A stretch of DNA of 64,000 nt from Thermodesulfobium acidiphilum (GCF_003057965.1 NZ_CP020921.1:1104916-1168915); one strand, 5' to 3'; shown: positions 9,660 through 19,156, counted from the stretch's first letter. A program made the numbers and translations. Notes: generated from the sequence alone by a model not told the origin.

Positions 9660-10566
9660 AAAGTTCTTTATTTACCTCCTTATTAGGCAAGGTTTTAAAT
9701 CTTTTCTGACACCAAAGCCATTGTTCAGGATGAAGCTTTATCATACGTTCCGTTCTTCTAACCACCTCTGTCATCGCTTGCAAAATCCATTCGTCTCTTG
9801 GTAAAGATCTATCGATTTTTATCTCAGGTTCAATTATTAAACAGTGTTCGTTGTTTTCTTTTCTGAAAGTAAAAGCTGTAAACATGCTCACATTCCCCCT
9901 ATATGCAAAGTATGCTGCTCCTGGATATGTTGAAGCTTTGATCCCAAAAAAATCTATAAAAATACCATTTTTTCCTGCATCCTGATCGGATAATAGTGCA
10001 AACAATTTGCCTGTTTTAAGTATTTTTAGACCTTCTCTTAAAGAGTTTTCCTTTTCAACCAGAATTATCCCCTTTGTCAGCCTCAGAAAGGAAAACAATC
10101 TATCAATAATATCTCTTACCTGTTCTTTAACTACTATTGCTATAGGAATTTTAAGTCCTATTGACATTGTAGCTAAAAGTTCCCAGTTACCAATGTGAGC
10201 TGACGCAACTACAAAAGATTTTCTTTCTTTAAGCACTTCAGAAAAGTTTTCCAGACCTATTACTTCTACATTTTTCATTATTTCCGTAATATCCTTATTT
10301 CTTGCTTTTACTAATTCTATTAAATTTAGCACGTAGTGAGACAAATTTTTTACAGCTAAATCTCTTTTCTTTTTATCCGACCACTCAGGAAACACTAAAG
10401 ACAAATTTTTTAAGATCAGTTCTCTTGACCTTGGCAATAAAAAATACAATAATCTGCCACAGATTGAAGCAAATGTATTACTTAATCTGTCTGGAATTTT
10501 ATCTATACAAAAAATTAAAAAATTAATAATCTTAGATTTCAAACCTGAAGTTCTCTGGCGAAACAT
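9652..10566 (-). CDS. Lipid A biosynthesis acyltransferase (LpxL/HtrB family)
   Basis: HIGNWE catalytic motif, LSDQD, FFG and PEQWLW..KRFK. Confidence 0.88.
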   Translation of the reverse strand: MFRQRTSGLKSKIINFLIFCIDKIPDRLSNTFASICGRLLYFLLPRSRELILKNLSLVFPEWSDKKKRDLAVKNLSHYVLNLIELVKARNKDITEIMKNVEVIGLENFSEVLKERKSFVVASAHIGNWELLATMSIGLKIPIAIVVKEQVRDIIDRLFSFLRLTKGIILVEKENSLREGLKILKTGKLFALLSDQDAGKNGIFIDFFGIKASTYPGAAYFAYRGNVSMFTAFTFRKENNEHCLIIEPEIKIDRSLPRDEWILQAMTEVVRRTERMIKLHPEQWLWCQKRFKTLPNKEVNKELYG

Positions 10567-10945
10567 CCATCATAATGCAAGCTTTTGCAACAAAATTTAT
10601 ATCATTTTTTTTACAAAATTCTATTGCCTCATCAGATTCTGAACCTGGTTGAAACCAAACATTTCGGATGTTTAACTTAACCATATCCTCTAAAACAGGA
10701 AGTGTTTTATCTGGGGGGATTATTAATACAATTGCTTCTGGTATTTCTGGTAAAGAAGATATATTGGGATATACCTTAAATCCATCGATTTCTTTAGCTG
10801 CTACATGTACTGGATATACTGTAAAACCTCTTCCCACAAGAGTTTTGAAAACTTTATAACCATATTTTTCTTTTTTAGGACTTGCTCCTACCACTGCCCA
10901 TTTCTTAAATTTTTCAAACATATCAATATTATTTTCTTCGACCAC
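10532..10945 (-). CDS. CoA-binding protein (YccU-like)
   Basis: AVVGAS..K.G.KV, VWFQPG and CIM motifs. Confidence 0.88.
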   Translation of the reverse strand: MVEENNIDMFEKFKKWAVVGASPKKEKYGYKVFKTLVGRGFTVYPVHVAAKEIDGFKVYPNISSLPEIPEAIVLIIPPDKTLPVLEDMVKLNIRNVWFQPGSESDEAIEFCKKNDINFVAKACIMMDVSPENFRFEI

Positions 10946-11117
10946 TTTTTTTATTTCTGCTCCTCTCTAGAATTAGAAATAGCGCTAAATATAATATATC
11001 ATAATACAAACACATATTTTTTAACTCTAAACTTTGATCGTACTTTTCGAGATATCATTAACTATTAAGTAAACTTAGCACGTACATATTTTGATCTATA
11101 TAGTATAATATAGTTAT

Positions 11118-11475
11118 GGGGGCGACAGGTTTCGACATGGAGTTTTATGCAAAAACTTGCGAGTCGAGGTGGCGTTGGCCTCGTAAAAAAGCGCCAAAAA
11201 AATAACTGCCAACAACAACAGTTTAGCTTTAGCAGCTTAATCTACTCTTCGGAGTAGATGTAATACTTTGTGTGCTTCCTCTCGGCATACAATTTTAACT
11301 TAGAGAGGAAGAAGAAAAGTTTGACCTGGACTTTTCTTCTAAATAACAGGTCTTAGCCTTCAAGAACCGTGTCCAGAGCGGGTCAAGAAGGCGAGATTAA
11401 AAACTCTGGACTACACTCGTAGAGGGTTTTTGCATTGCTTTATGGACGTGGGTTCGATTCCCACCGCCTCCACCA
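11118..11475 (+). ncRNA. ssrA: tmRNA; tag ORF 11208-11240 encodes ANNNSLALAA*
   Basis: 5' GGGGGCG pairs with 3' CGCCTCC-ACCA including the G3-U alanine determinant; T-arm GTGGGTTCGATTCCCAC; resume context ATAACT-GCC; tag ends in ALAA; 358 nt. Confidence 0.96.
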
Positions 11476-11537
11476 AATTAGTGAGAATTTTCTCTCTGAT
11501 AGTTATTTTTTCATTTGCAAAGCCATAACAATATTAA

Positions 11538-14474
11538 TCATAAAATTAACTTAATTTTGTCTTCAAAATCGTCAAAATTATCAAACCAATATCTTTTATA
11601 ATTTTCTCCCACTTTAGCAATATCATTAGTATAAAGAAGTAGTTTAGTAGAAATATTAAATTCGTTATATAAAAAAACTTTGTTTTCAAAAATCTTTCTG
11701 TACCCATCTACTTTGTGTTGGTAATCAGCAAAATTTGTCCCTTTCGGATCAACAAACAAAATCAGGTATCGCTTATCTTTTTGCATCCAAAAAATAAAGT
11801 CCGGCTTGAAATTCGCGATTTTATTTTCTTTCGGATTGTAATAAGGTATCAATACTTCATCCAGCGTTTGATCAAGTTTTGAAAACATCCACCAGTCAAA
11901 TTGAACAAATATATTGTTTGGTTTGGCAAGATATTCTTCCAGTTGCTCAATAAATCTTACCTCGCTATCAACATTGATAATATGGTTGAGATAATCAATT
12001 TTTTCGGTTTCTGAAACTATCATCGGAAGGTAGTAATGATTAGCCAAATACTTGATCTTTAATCTGTCATACTTAATTTCTGGCTGAAAATCCAATTCTA
12101 ATTGTTTTATTGCTTTTTTATACTTTTCTTTATTCTTTGTTCTTTCAAACTCTTCATCAATTTCTTTCTCTTTAGTCGCTTTCTGGGGATAATTTTTTAC
12201 TTTGTCAAGCGCTTCTAGGATTCTTTGATATTTTTCTCCATCGCTAAATCTAACATGTCTGAAATGCACAATTTCATTTTCCAATTCTTTAAATTTATCA
12301 AACTCTTTGCTTTTAACGCCGAGATAGCCAAAAATCCGGCCAAGGATTAACTCCGGCTCAAAGAGAGAGTTCTTTTCGTTAAAGTCATAATATCGTTCCT
12401 TTTTTGCAAAACTTTCATTCGCCTTTTTTAAAACCTTCACTTCACAGTCATATTTGGCTAAAGCGATTTTATCACCTAAAAATCCATAAAACTTCGAGGT
12501 TATATCAAAATCTTCGCGGCTGATAGAGTATTTTTGCGGGTCTTTTTCTTCGGCAAAAATCCTTTCAGAGTTTTTGTAAACCGGCACCAAAAGAAGATGT
12601 TTTTGCGCTTCGGGATTTAAAATAAACGCTTCGCCCAAACTCTTGTCCTGTTTTTCTGCCTTCAATGTTGCAATTATTTCCTTCAAGTTTTCAGCGTTAG
12701 TCCCGAAAACAAACAAGCTTTCAATCGGCAAAATCAGATTTTTGGCTTTCTCAAATAATTGCCTGTCTACTTCATTTGCATTGTACAAATTTTGGAGTCT
12801 TTTTCTTTTGTTTTTCTGCGGTTCTATTCTTACGCCCCTGCCCACTGATTGCAAAACGAATTTTTTAGCATCGCTTCCAACTCCGATGTTAACAAATAGA
12901 AGTAGATTGGGTCTATTAGAATCCCAGCCCTCGTAAAAAGAGCGGGAGCCCATTAAAATGTTTATATCGGAATCATCGCGATTTATTCGCCTGAAATAAC
13001 TTTCGTTCTCAAAACTTTCGTTTATTTCATATCCTTCAAGTTTGTCCTTTAGCCAGCCGGAGATATCGCCGATTTTAATTAACGCAAACGGCTTTTCGGC
13101 TGTCCTAAGTTTAAAAATCAATTCATTTCTGTTGCCTGGAATTTTCAAAACTTCAATACTACCCGGAGTTTTAGCGTTCAAAGCATATTTCAAAATATCC
13201 TCGTAATCCAATTTTGAAGCCAAGTCAGCGTTGATAGTGCACTCCAACTCCTCAAATACAAATTTAGTGTTGTCGCGAAATTCTTGGACAAGTTCCTCTT
13301 TTGCTATTTTAAGTAAATCGGCTCTAATTTCGTTTCTCGCAACTCTTTCCAGTTCCCTGAAAAATAATTCTAGATCAGCTTCTTCCACATTCACAGAATT
13401 AACCAGCGTCAAAAGTAGCGGGCAATGATACAATGAGTTATCAACTTTCCTTATTTCTTCAAAATACTTATAGATATAAGTTAATAGCAAAAGAGTTTTT
13501 AAAACGATTTTTTGCTTCTCAATTAGGGAAAAATCATCTTTACTTTTAAATGCACTAATATTTGATTGAGACACATAAATATGCTTACCATACCCTTCTT
13601 CAACGAACCTTGAAAGATTAAAATTAAACGCACAGGTCGCAAAGTCCCTTGGATCGGTAAATGTAGCTGAAAAATTAAATAAGAATCCGTTCCTTGAGAG
13701 GATAGAATATAAGATCTGCCGTTTGCTATCTTCTTTGTCTCCTTTATGAGCTTCGTCCAGAAGAATATACCATTTACCGCTATTGTCATAATTTTTGAAA
13801 TTGACAATTTTTTCCTTATGTTCGTCAGAGATCAAATCAGAACGATAATAGAAAACAGTAATTTCGTTTTTCCCAAACGGTAAAGCGTTTTCGCGTTTTA
13901 CACTCTCATAATCTCGCAAACTTTTAAGATTTATCTTCGTTTCAAAGTTAAAATTGTTAAACTCATCAACATGACTTTTAAATTGGTCCAAAAGGTCATC
14001 ACGGTGCGTTAAAAAGAGAATATCCCGCGTCGGCAATTCTTTTTCGGCAATCAGTTTGCCCAAAAGTTCAATCAATTTCACTATAATCAGCGTTTTGCCC
14101 GAACCTGTCGCCATCCAGAAACTCATTCTGTTGATAAAGTAGGCATATGATATCTTATTCTTAATTATCGGATAATCTTCAGGATATTCCAAAAGATATT
14201 TTGCAGTTTTACTATCCTGCTTTTTCTTTAAGTCGTAATCAAAATCTTCTTCCAAACCATTAAGCTTGTAATGATCAAACAACTCCTTTTTATCAGCATT
14301 CCTGTCCTTAAAAAATAAATGCAAGGCTTTTAGGGCGTTTTTTAACGCATTTTGCTGAAAATCAAAGAGCGCTTTATCTTTTGAAAACCGCACAAAATCA
14401 AATCCTTGCCACTTTACCGGCAAGTTTTCAAAAGAAATATCATCTACGATGTTTTGGAGATGTAACTTACTCAT
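11538..14474 (-). CDS. res: Type III restriction enzyme Res subunit (SF2 helicase + PD-(D/E)xK nuclease)
   Basis: MATGSGKT, DEAH, SATF and QSVGRGVR helicase motifs; C-terminal PDF...VDPKG nuclease; downstream of mod. Confidence 0.88.
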   Translation of the reverse strand: MSKLHLQNIVDDISFENLPVKWQGFDFVRFSKDKALFDFQQNALKNALKALHLFFKDRNADKKELFDHYKLNGLEEDFDYDLKKKQDSKTAKYLLEYPEDYPIIKNKISYAYFINRMSFWMATGSGKTLIIVKLIELLGKLIAEKELPTRDILFLTHRDDLLDQFKSHVDEFNNFNFETKINLKSLRDYESVKRENALPFGKNEITVFYYRSDLISDEHKEKIVNFKNYDNSGKWYILLDEAHKGDKEDSKRQILYSILSRNGFLFNFSATFTDPRDFATCAFNFNLSRFVEEGYGKHIYVSQSNISAFKSKDDFSLIEKQKIVLKTLLLLTYIYKYFEEIRKVDNSLYHCPLLLTLVNSVNVEEADLELFFRELERVARNEIRADLLKIAKEELVQEFRDNTKFVFEELECTINADLASKLDYEDILKYALNAKTPGSIEVLKIPGNRNELIFKLRTAEKPFALIKIGDISGWLKDKLEGYEINESFENESYFRRINRDDSDINILMGSRSFYEGWDSNRPNLLLFVNIGVGSDAKKFVLQSVGRGVRIEPQKNKRKRLQNLYNANEVDRQLFEKAKNLILPIESLFVFGTNAENLKEIIATLKAEKQDKSLGEAFILNPEAQKHLLLVPVYKNSERIFAEEKDPQKYSISREDFDITSKFYGFLGDKIALAKYDCEVKVLKKANESFAKKERYYDFNEKNSLFEPELILGRIFGYLGVKSKEFDKFKELENEIVHFRHVRFSDGEKYQRILEALDKVKNYPQKATKEKEIDEEFERTKNKEKYKKAIKQLELDFQPEIKYDRLKIKYLANHYYLPMIVSETEKIDYLNHIINVDSEVRFIEQLEEYLAKPNNIFVQFDWWMFSKLDQTLDEVLIPYYNPKENKIANFKPDFIFWMQKDKRYLILFVDPKGTNFADYQHKVDGYRKIFENKVFLYNEFNISTKLLLYTNDIAKVGENYKRYWFDNFDDFEDKIKLIL

Positions 14475-14494
14475 TGCATTCTTTCCTCATTTGA

Positions 14495-14608
14495 CTACCT
14501 TTCGCTTTTTTCTTTGTCGTTACATTCAGTATTTGCAAAAGCACAAATACACTTCAAATACTCATCCCGCCAAGATGACTTGAATTCAATAGTTTGGGAT
14601 TCTTCCAT
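14495..14608 (-). pseudogene. Truncated Schlafen/AlbA_2-domain gene remnant (37 codons)
   Basis: Hand translation MEESQTIEFKSSWRDEYLKCICAFANTECNDKEKSER*; ATG overlaps the mod stop (TGATG); E...EFK...AFAN is the AlbA_2 N-terminal signature. Confidence 0.75.
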
Positions 14609-17079
14609 CACTCCCACCAAATTAATGGCTTAATGAGTTTATAATCCAAATTTTTGGTATTGATTTTTGTTCCGTCTTTAAACTCAACTTCATCGCCGTT
14701 GATTCTCTTAATCCATTTGCCGGTAAGATTAGACAATGTCTCGGCAATGTCTATATTCGGATAGAGTTTTGATAGATCCACTTTGACTTTGTTATTTTCA
14801 TAATCAATTTCCAACGCTTTGAGCATTTTTTCGTCTTTCATAAAAACATATTCCTGATAAGGCGATGCACTTGGTCTTATAAACAAGTCACCATCTTCGT
14901 ATTTGCAGTTTGCCAGGGCTTCCTCGTATTGCTCAAGTTCATAGTATTTGAAAAAGCCACCACCTTGATATTCTTTTACTTCCTTTGAAATGCCTGATTT
15001 ATCATAAGCCAAAACCTTTTTCATCCTTGGCAAAATCACGCTGTAAAAATGCTCTCCCATCTCCACGCCAATCCACTTTCTGCCAAGTTTGTGGGCTACT
15101 GCAGTGGTGGTGCCAGAACCGAGAAAAAAGTCAAGAATAATTGATTGTTTATCATACTCCATTCCTTCAATTACTCTTTTTAGTAATATTTCTGAATTCT
15201 CAGTAGCAAAGAAAGTATTATGAGTTTCATAACTTTTTATATCAGTCCAATTTGTATCCAAAAGTAGCTCTGGTTCTTTAAGATATTCTGGCATTCCCTT
15301 AACTTCGTTGCCTTGCGTATCAATATATTTTCTACCCGGGTTTATTCTTATCCATCCTAGTTTCTCATAATCACTAATCTTTTGTTGTGACAAGCCCCAA
15401 TGTTGTCCTTTTGGTGGTAGCCACGGCTTCCCAAAAAAATATCTTACTTGCAATTCATAAGTCTTCCTTTGACCTGGCATATCCAAAGAAATCCATTGCC
15501 TTTCTTCTTCCTTTATCTTTCGTTTTGCTCCCTTAAAAGCCATTAAATTTTTATCCTTCGCATAGAAAAATATAGAATCAATTCCAGTTAAATATTGATT
15601 TGTCAATCCCTTCGGAACATATCCTCTTTTGACAAAAACTTCATTCCTAAAATTCTCCTTTCCAAAAATCTCATCCATCAGGCATCTTACAATCCAGTTT
15701 CCATTGTAATCGCATCTTACAAAAATGCTTCCTTTTTCATTCAGCCATTTTTTGGCAAGGCGTAATCGGTTTTCAAGTAAAGTTGCCCAGTTGGCATCTT
15801 TGTAATTTGTGCGATATAAAAACTGATCGGAAGAATCCAAATTAAACGGTGGATCAATATAAATCGTCTGCACTTTTTCTTTGAATTTCGGCAGAATGGT
15901 ATTTAATGCCTGATAGTTCTCGCTTTTTATTAGCCAGCCGTCCAGAGATTTGTCTAAATCATCAAACTGGTCTAAAATCTCAAGTTCTAAATCCTTGAAA
16001 TACTTTGTATCAATGGGTAAATGCTCGTATTCTTTTTTAATCTGCTTGCCTTCTAAAGTATCTTCAAATAAATCAATTTTGAATTTTGAATTGTCATTTT
16101 GACTTTTGATTTTTGCATTTTGAATTATCCCCAGCTCTTCCCACTCTTTCACCTGTTCGCCAAAATTCTTATGTTTGATAATCTTTTCAATGATAGCGGG
16201 AGTTATTTTGTCCAGCGTAATTACATAATTTGAATTTTTAACAAACTTCGGCTTATTCCAGATTTTTACTAACTCGTCTTCAAACTGGGAGATAAAATCA
16301 ATTATTTTGAAAGCAATGTCTTTGAGGATTTGCAGTTGATTGACCCTGTCCGCGCCCCACTCTTTCGCCCCCTCCCAGAAATACTGATAACTCCAAAGCT
16401 TAAATTGCTCCTGCAAAAATACTTTGGCATTTTTATTGATGAAGAAGTCTACTTCACTTTGCTTTTCAAAAACCCTGAAGGCTCGTTCTAACTGTTCTTC
16501 TGTAATGGCAATGCCTTTTCTCTTTATGGTTTTTAATATCTCGTCTTGTTTTGTTTTTGTGCCCCTCTCGGAGTATTGAACGTCAAAGACAATTGTTCTG
16601 TCTTCTTTAACTTTATCTAATTCAAAAATCAACGAGCGTTTTTCATTGGCTTTTTTATGCTCTAAACTTGAAACATCAAAATAAAATTTAAAACCATCGG
16701 ATTCTATCTCTAAACTTCTGAAAATACGGTCGGTCTTTACATAGTAGAGCATCTGCGTTTTCCAGAATAGAATAACATCCCTTTCGTCGGTGTAAACTTT
16801 TTCGTAGATGTTGTTATGAAATGGCGTTGAGTTGAAATAGATTGAGCCACTTTCTGTAAAATAGCGGCTGAAAAAGGAGTAGAGCTTATCAAAAAGTTCA
16901 TTCTTGAATGAGGAATATCTTTCTAATGCTTTTTCTATATCTTCTTTCAGTAATTGTTCGATTTTCCTGTAGTAATTTGATTTTATGCTCATCAAATTAA
17001 CAAAACCGCCCTCGCCTTCAATCCTGGCACCGATAAAAACATCCTGTAAAGCCCTGTAAAATTTCTCTTCTTTAGTCAT
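14608..17079 (-). CDS. mod: Type III R-M Mod subunit (beta-class amino-methyltransferase, long N-terminal extension)
   Basis: Catalytic IYIDPPF precedes a variable TRD and the SAM-binding DFFLGSGTT motif; AAGGTGG SD. Confidence 0.9.
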   Translation of the reverse strand: MTKEEKFYRALQDVFIGARIEGEGGFVNLMSIKSNYYRKIEQLLKEDIEKALERYSSFKNELFDKLYSFFSRYFTESGSIYFNSTPFHNNIYEKVYTDERDVILFWKTQMLYYVKTDRIFRSLEIESDGFKFYFDVSSLEHKKANEKRSLIFELDKVKEDRTIVFDVQYSERGTKTKQDEILKTIKRKGIAITEEQLERAFRVFEKQSEVDFFINKNAKVFLQEQFKLWSYQYFWEGAKEWGADRVNQLQILKDIAFKIIDFISQFEDELVKIWNKPKFVKNSNYVITLDKITPAIIEKIIKHKNFGEQVKEWEELGIIQNAKIKSQNDNSKFKIDLFEDTLEGKQIKKEYEHLPIDTKYFKDLELEILDQFDDLDKSLDGWLIKSENYQALNTILPKFKEKVQTIYIDPPFNLDSSDQFLYRTNYKDANWATLLENRLRLAKKWLNEKGSIFVRCDYNGNWIVRCLMDEIFGKENFRNEVFVKRGYVPKGLTNQYLTGIDSIFFYAKDKNLMAFKGAKRKIKEEERQWISLDMPGQRKTYELQVRYFFGKPWLPPKGQHWGLSQQKISDYEKLGWIRINPGRKYIDTQGNEVKGMPEYLKEPELLLDTNWTDIKSYETHNTFFATENSEILLKRVIEGMEYDKQSIILDFFLGSGTTTAVAHKLGRKWIGVEMGEHFYSVILPRMKKVLAYDKSGISKEVKEYQGGGFFKYYELEQYEEALANCKYEDGDLFIRPSASPYQEYVFMKDEKMLKALEIDYENNKVKVDLSKLYPNIDIAETLSNLTGKWIKRINGDEVEFKDGTKINTKNLDYKLIKPLIWWE
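16077..16124. repeat. Degenerate heptamer tandem repeat (TTTTGAA-like, 7 units) inside mod
   Basis: TTTTGAA TTTTGAA TTGTCA TTTTGAC TTTTGAT TTTTGCA TTTTGAA = 48 nt, frame-preserving. Confidence 0.7.
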
Positions 17080-17389
17080 AATACCACCTTAGTTATTACA
17101 AATCCTTTTATTTTAATCTATAAGTTCACCAAAACCCACCCAAAAAAATTTAAGAATAAAATTAGTTTAACTTTCATTAAAGTAATAAGGATAATATCAT
17201 TTTATTCCAATCAAATCAAGGAGCTAATAAGTTTATTTGTTGACAAAATCAGTGTCCTTTAACACACGCTAACACAATGTGCTTGACAAAAATAAAAAAA
17301 ATATTTAATCTAAGTCCAATTTGTTTAATAAGATTATATGTAAGATTTTGAAGCTTTTATTTCATTTTTTTTATATTAGTAAGGAGAAA

Positions 17390-19156
17390 ATGCAAGAAAA
17401 TAATAATATACCTTTAGAAAATAAATTTGATACTCTTAAAAATATAATTGATAACTTAGACATACCCATTTTACTTATAGATAAAAATCATAAAATTATT
17501 TTGCAAAATAAGAGCGCTTTTGATTTATTTGGTTCAAAAATAGGCGGACATTGCTGGTATGAATTATGGAATGCTAACTTCCTTCCTAAAGTTCAAAGGG
17601 AGTTTTTTGAAGAAGGGAAAGTTTTACCAACCATGCAATGCTACTTTTGCCTATCCAATATAGAACTTAATTCAAAAAAATATTTGCTTAAAGAATTATA
17701 TTTTAAGGATGAATACTGGCAATTGAACTGGATATCATTAGACAAAAACAATATGTACTTGATTTATCTAATAAACTTAACTCGCTCCAAAGAAAAAGAG
17801 AAAGGGCTAAAAGAAGAAAAAAATTTTTTAAGAGAAGTCATAGATCTTGTGCCAGATATGGTATGGCTAAAAGATTCTCAAAAAAGATATCTACTCGCAA
17901 ATAAAGCAATATGTAATAAACTCTTACATGCAAAAAATACAAACGAGCCTGTAGGCAAAACTGACCTGTATTTTGCCCAAAGAATAAGAGCCCAAAAACC
18001 AGATGATCCAAACTTTCATACCTTTGGAGAATTGTGTATGGACTCTGATTCAGTAGTACTTGCTACTAAAAAGCGAGGTAGATTCGAAGAATACGGAAAC
18101 GTAGCAGGAAAGTATCTACACCTTGATGTTATAAAAGTTCCAAGAAAAAACGAAAAAGGAGAAATAACTGCAATACTTGGAGCAGCAAGGGATGTAACAG
18201 AACAAAAGATAGCAGAAAAACAATTAAAAGAGACTCAAGAAAGCTTAAAGCACTCACTTGCCTATCATAAAATTCTATTTGAAAAAAATGCGGCAGGTAT
18301 GTTAATTATAGATAAAAACTTTACTATAATTGATGCTAATCCAACTATTTGCAAAATGCTTCTATATACCAAAGAAGAACTTATAAACAAAAACATAAAC
18401 CTTATCCATAAAGATGACAAATCAATTGAAAAGTGTAGGAAACTTATCAAGAAACTCTTTAGAAAACCGAACGAAGAAATAACTATAGAACAAAATTTTA
18501 AAAGGAAAGATGGTTCAACTATTTGGATCGAGGCTACAAGTTCCTTGATCGAACTTCCAAATAATGAAAGGGCAATTATCTGGAGTGCAATAGATACTAC
18601 AAACCTATATTTACTAAAAGAAAAACTTTATTTCCAGGCACTTCACGATAATCTTACAAAACTACCAAATAGACGTTATTTAAGTTTAGAGCTTGTAAAG
18701 GCAATAGAACGTGTCAAAAGGCACGATCATATGCTGGCAGTTTGCATGATAGATCTAGACGATTTTAAGCCCATAAACGATACTTATGGTCACAATATAG
18801 GCGATATAGTTTTAAAAACTATAGCTCAGCGTTTAACAAACAGACTAAGAAGGGTTGATTTTGTCGCCAGACTGGGTGGTGATGAGTTTGTAATTCTATT
18901 AGAATCTATTAAAAATCCAAAGCATTTAGAAAGGATTTTTACAAAAATTGATGAAGCTATTAGCTCGCCTATTAAAATAGCAGAAAATATTACTGCCCAG
19001 GTTGGTGCCAGTATGGGGGTATATATATATCAAAAGGGTGATTTTACTACTCCCGATGATATCTTGAGATTTATTGATATAGCAATGTATGAAAGCAAAA
19101 AACAAAAAGGAAACAGAGAACATTTCTGGAAAATTTATTCAAATAAAAACTTTTGA
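17390..19156 (+). CDS. Multi-PAS diguanylate cyclase
   Basis: Three PAS-like regions; HDNLTKLPNR, DLDDFKPIND, RxxD I-site and intact GGDEF; start moved to ATG 17390 behind AAGGAG. Confidence 0.92.
   Translation: MQENNNIPLENKFDTLKNIIDNLDIPILLIDKNHKIILQNKSAFDLFGSKIGGHCWYELWNANFLPKVQREFFEEGKVLPTMQCYFCLSNIELNSKKYLLKELYFKDEYWQLNWISLDKNNMYLIYLINLTRSKEKEKGLKEEKNFLREVIDLVPDMVWLKDSQKRYLLANKAICNKLLHAKNTNEPVGKTDLYFAQRIRAQKPDDPNFHTFGELCMDSDSVVLATKKRGRFEEYGNVAGKYLHLDVIKVPRKNEKGEITAILGAARDVTEQKIAEKQLKETQESLKHSLAYHKILFEKNAAGMLIIDKNFTIIDANPTICKMLLYTKEELINKNINLIHKDDKSIEKCRKLIKKLFRKPNEEITIEQNFKRKDGSTIWIEATSSLIELPNNERAIIWSAIDTTNLYLLKEKLYFQALHDNLTKLPNRRYLSLELVKAIERVKRHDHMLAVCMIDLDDFKPINDTYGHNIGDIVLKTIAQRLTNRLRRVDFVARLGGDEFVILLESIKNPKHLERIFTKIDEAISSPIKIAENITAQVGASMGVYIYQKGDFTTPDDILRFIDIAMYESKKQKGNREHFWKIYSNKNF

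Noticed and set aside
11081-11109. TATAAT just upstream of the tmRNA
   Set aside because: Plausible -10, but no convincing -35 at normal spacing, and such hexamers are common in AT-rich DNA.
17120-17170. Possible attR copy of the tmRNA 3' end (CACCAAA)
   Set aside because: Match is only about 7 nt and is expected by chance.
17321-17389. Longer TTG start for the diguanylate cyclase
   Set aside because: ATG at 17390 has an AAGGAG SD; the extension looks like AT-rich intergenic sequence.
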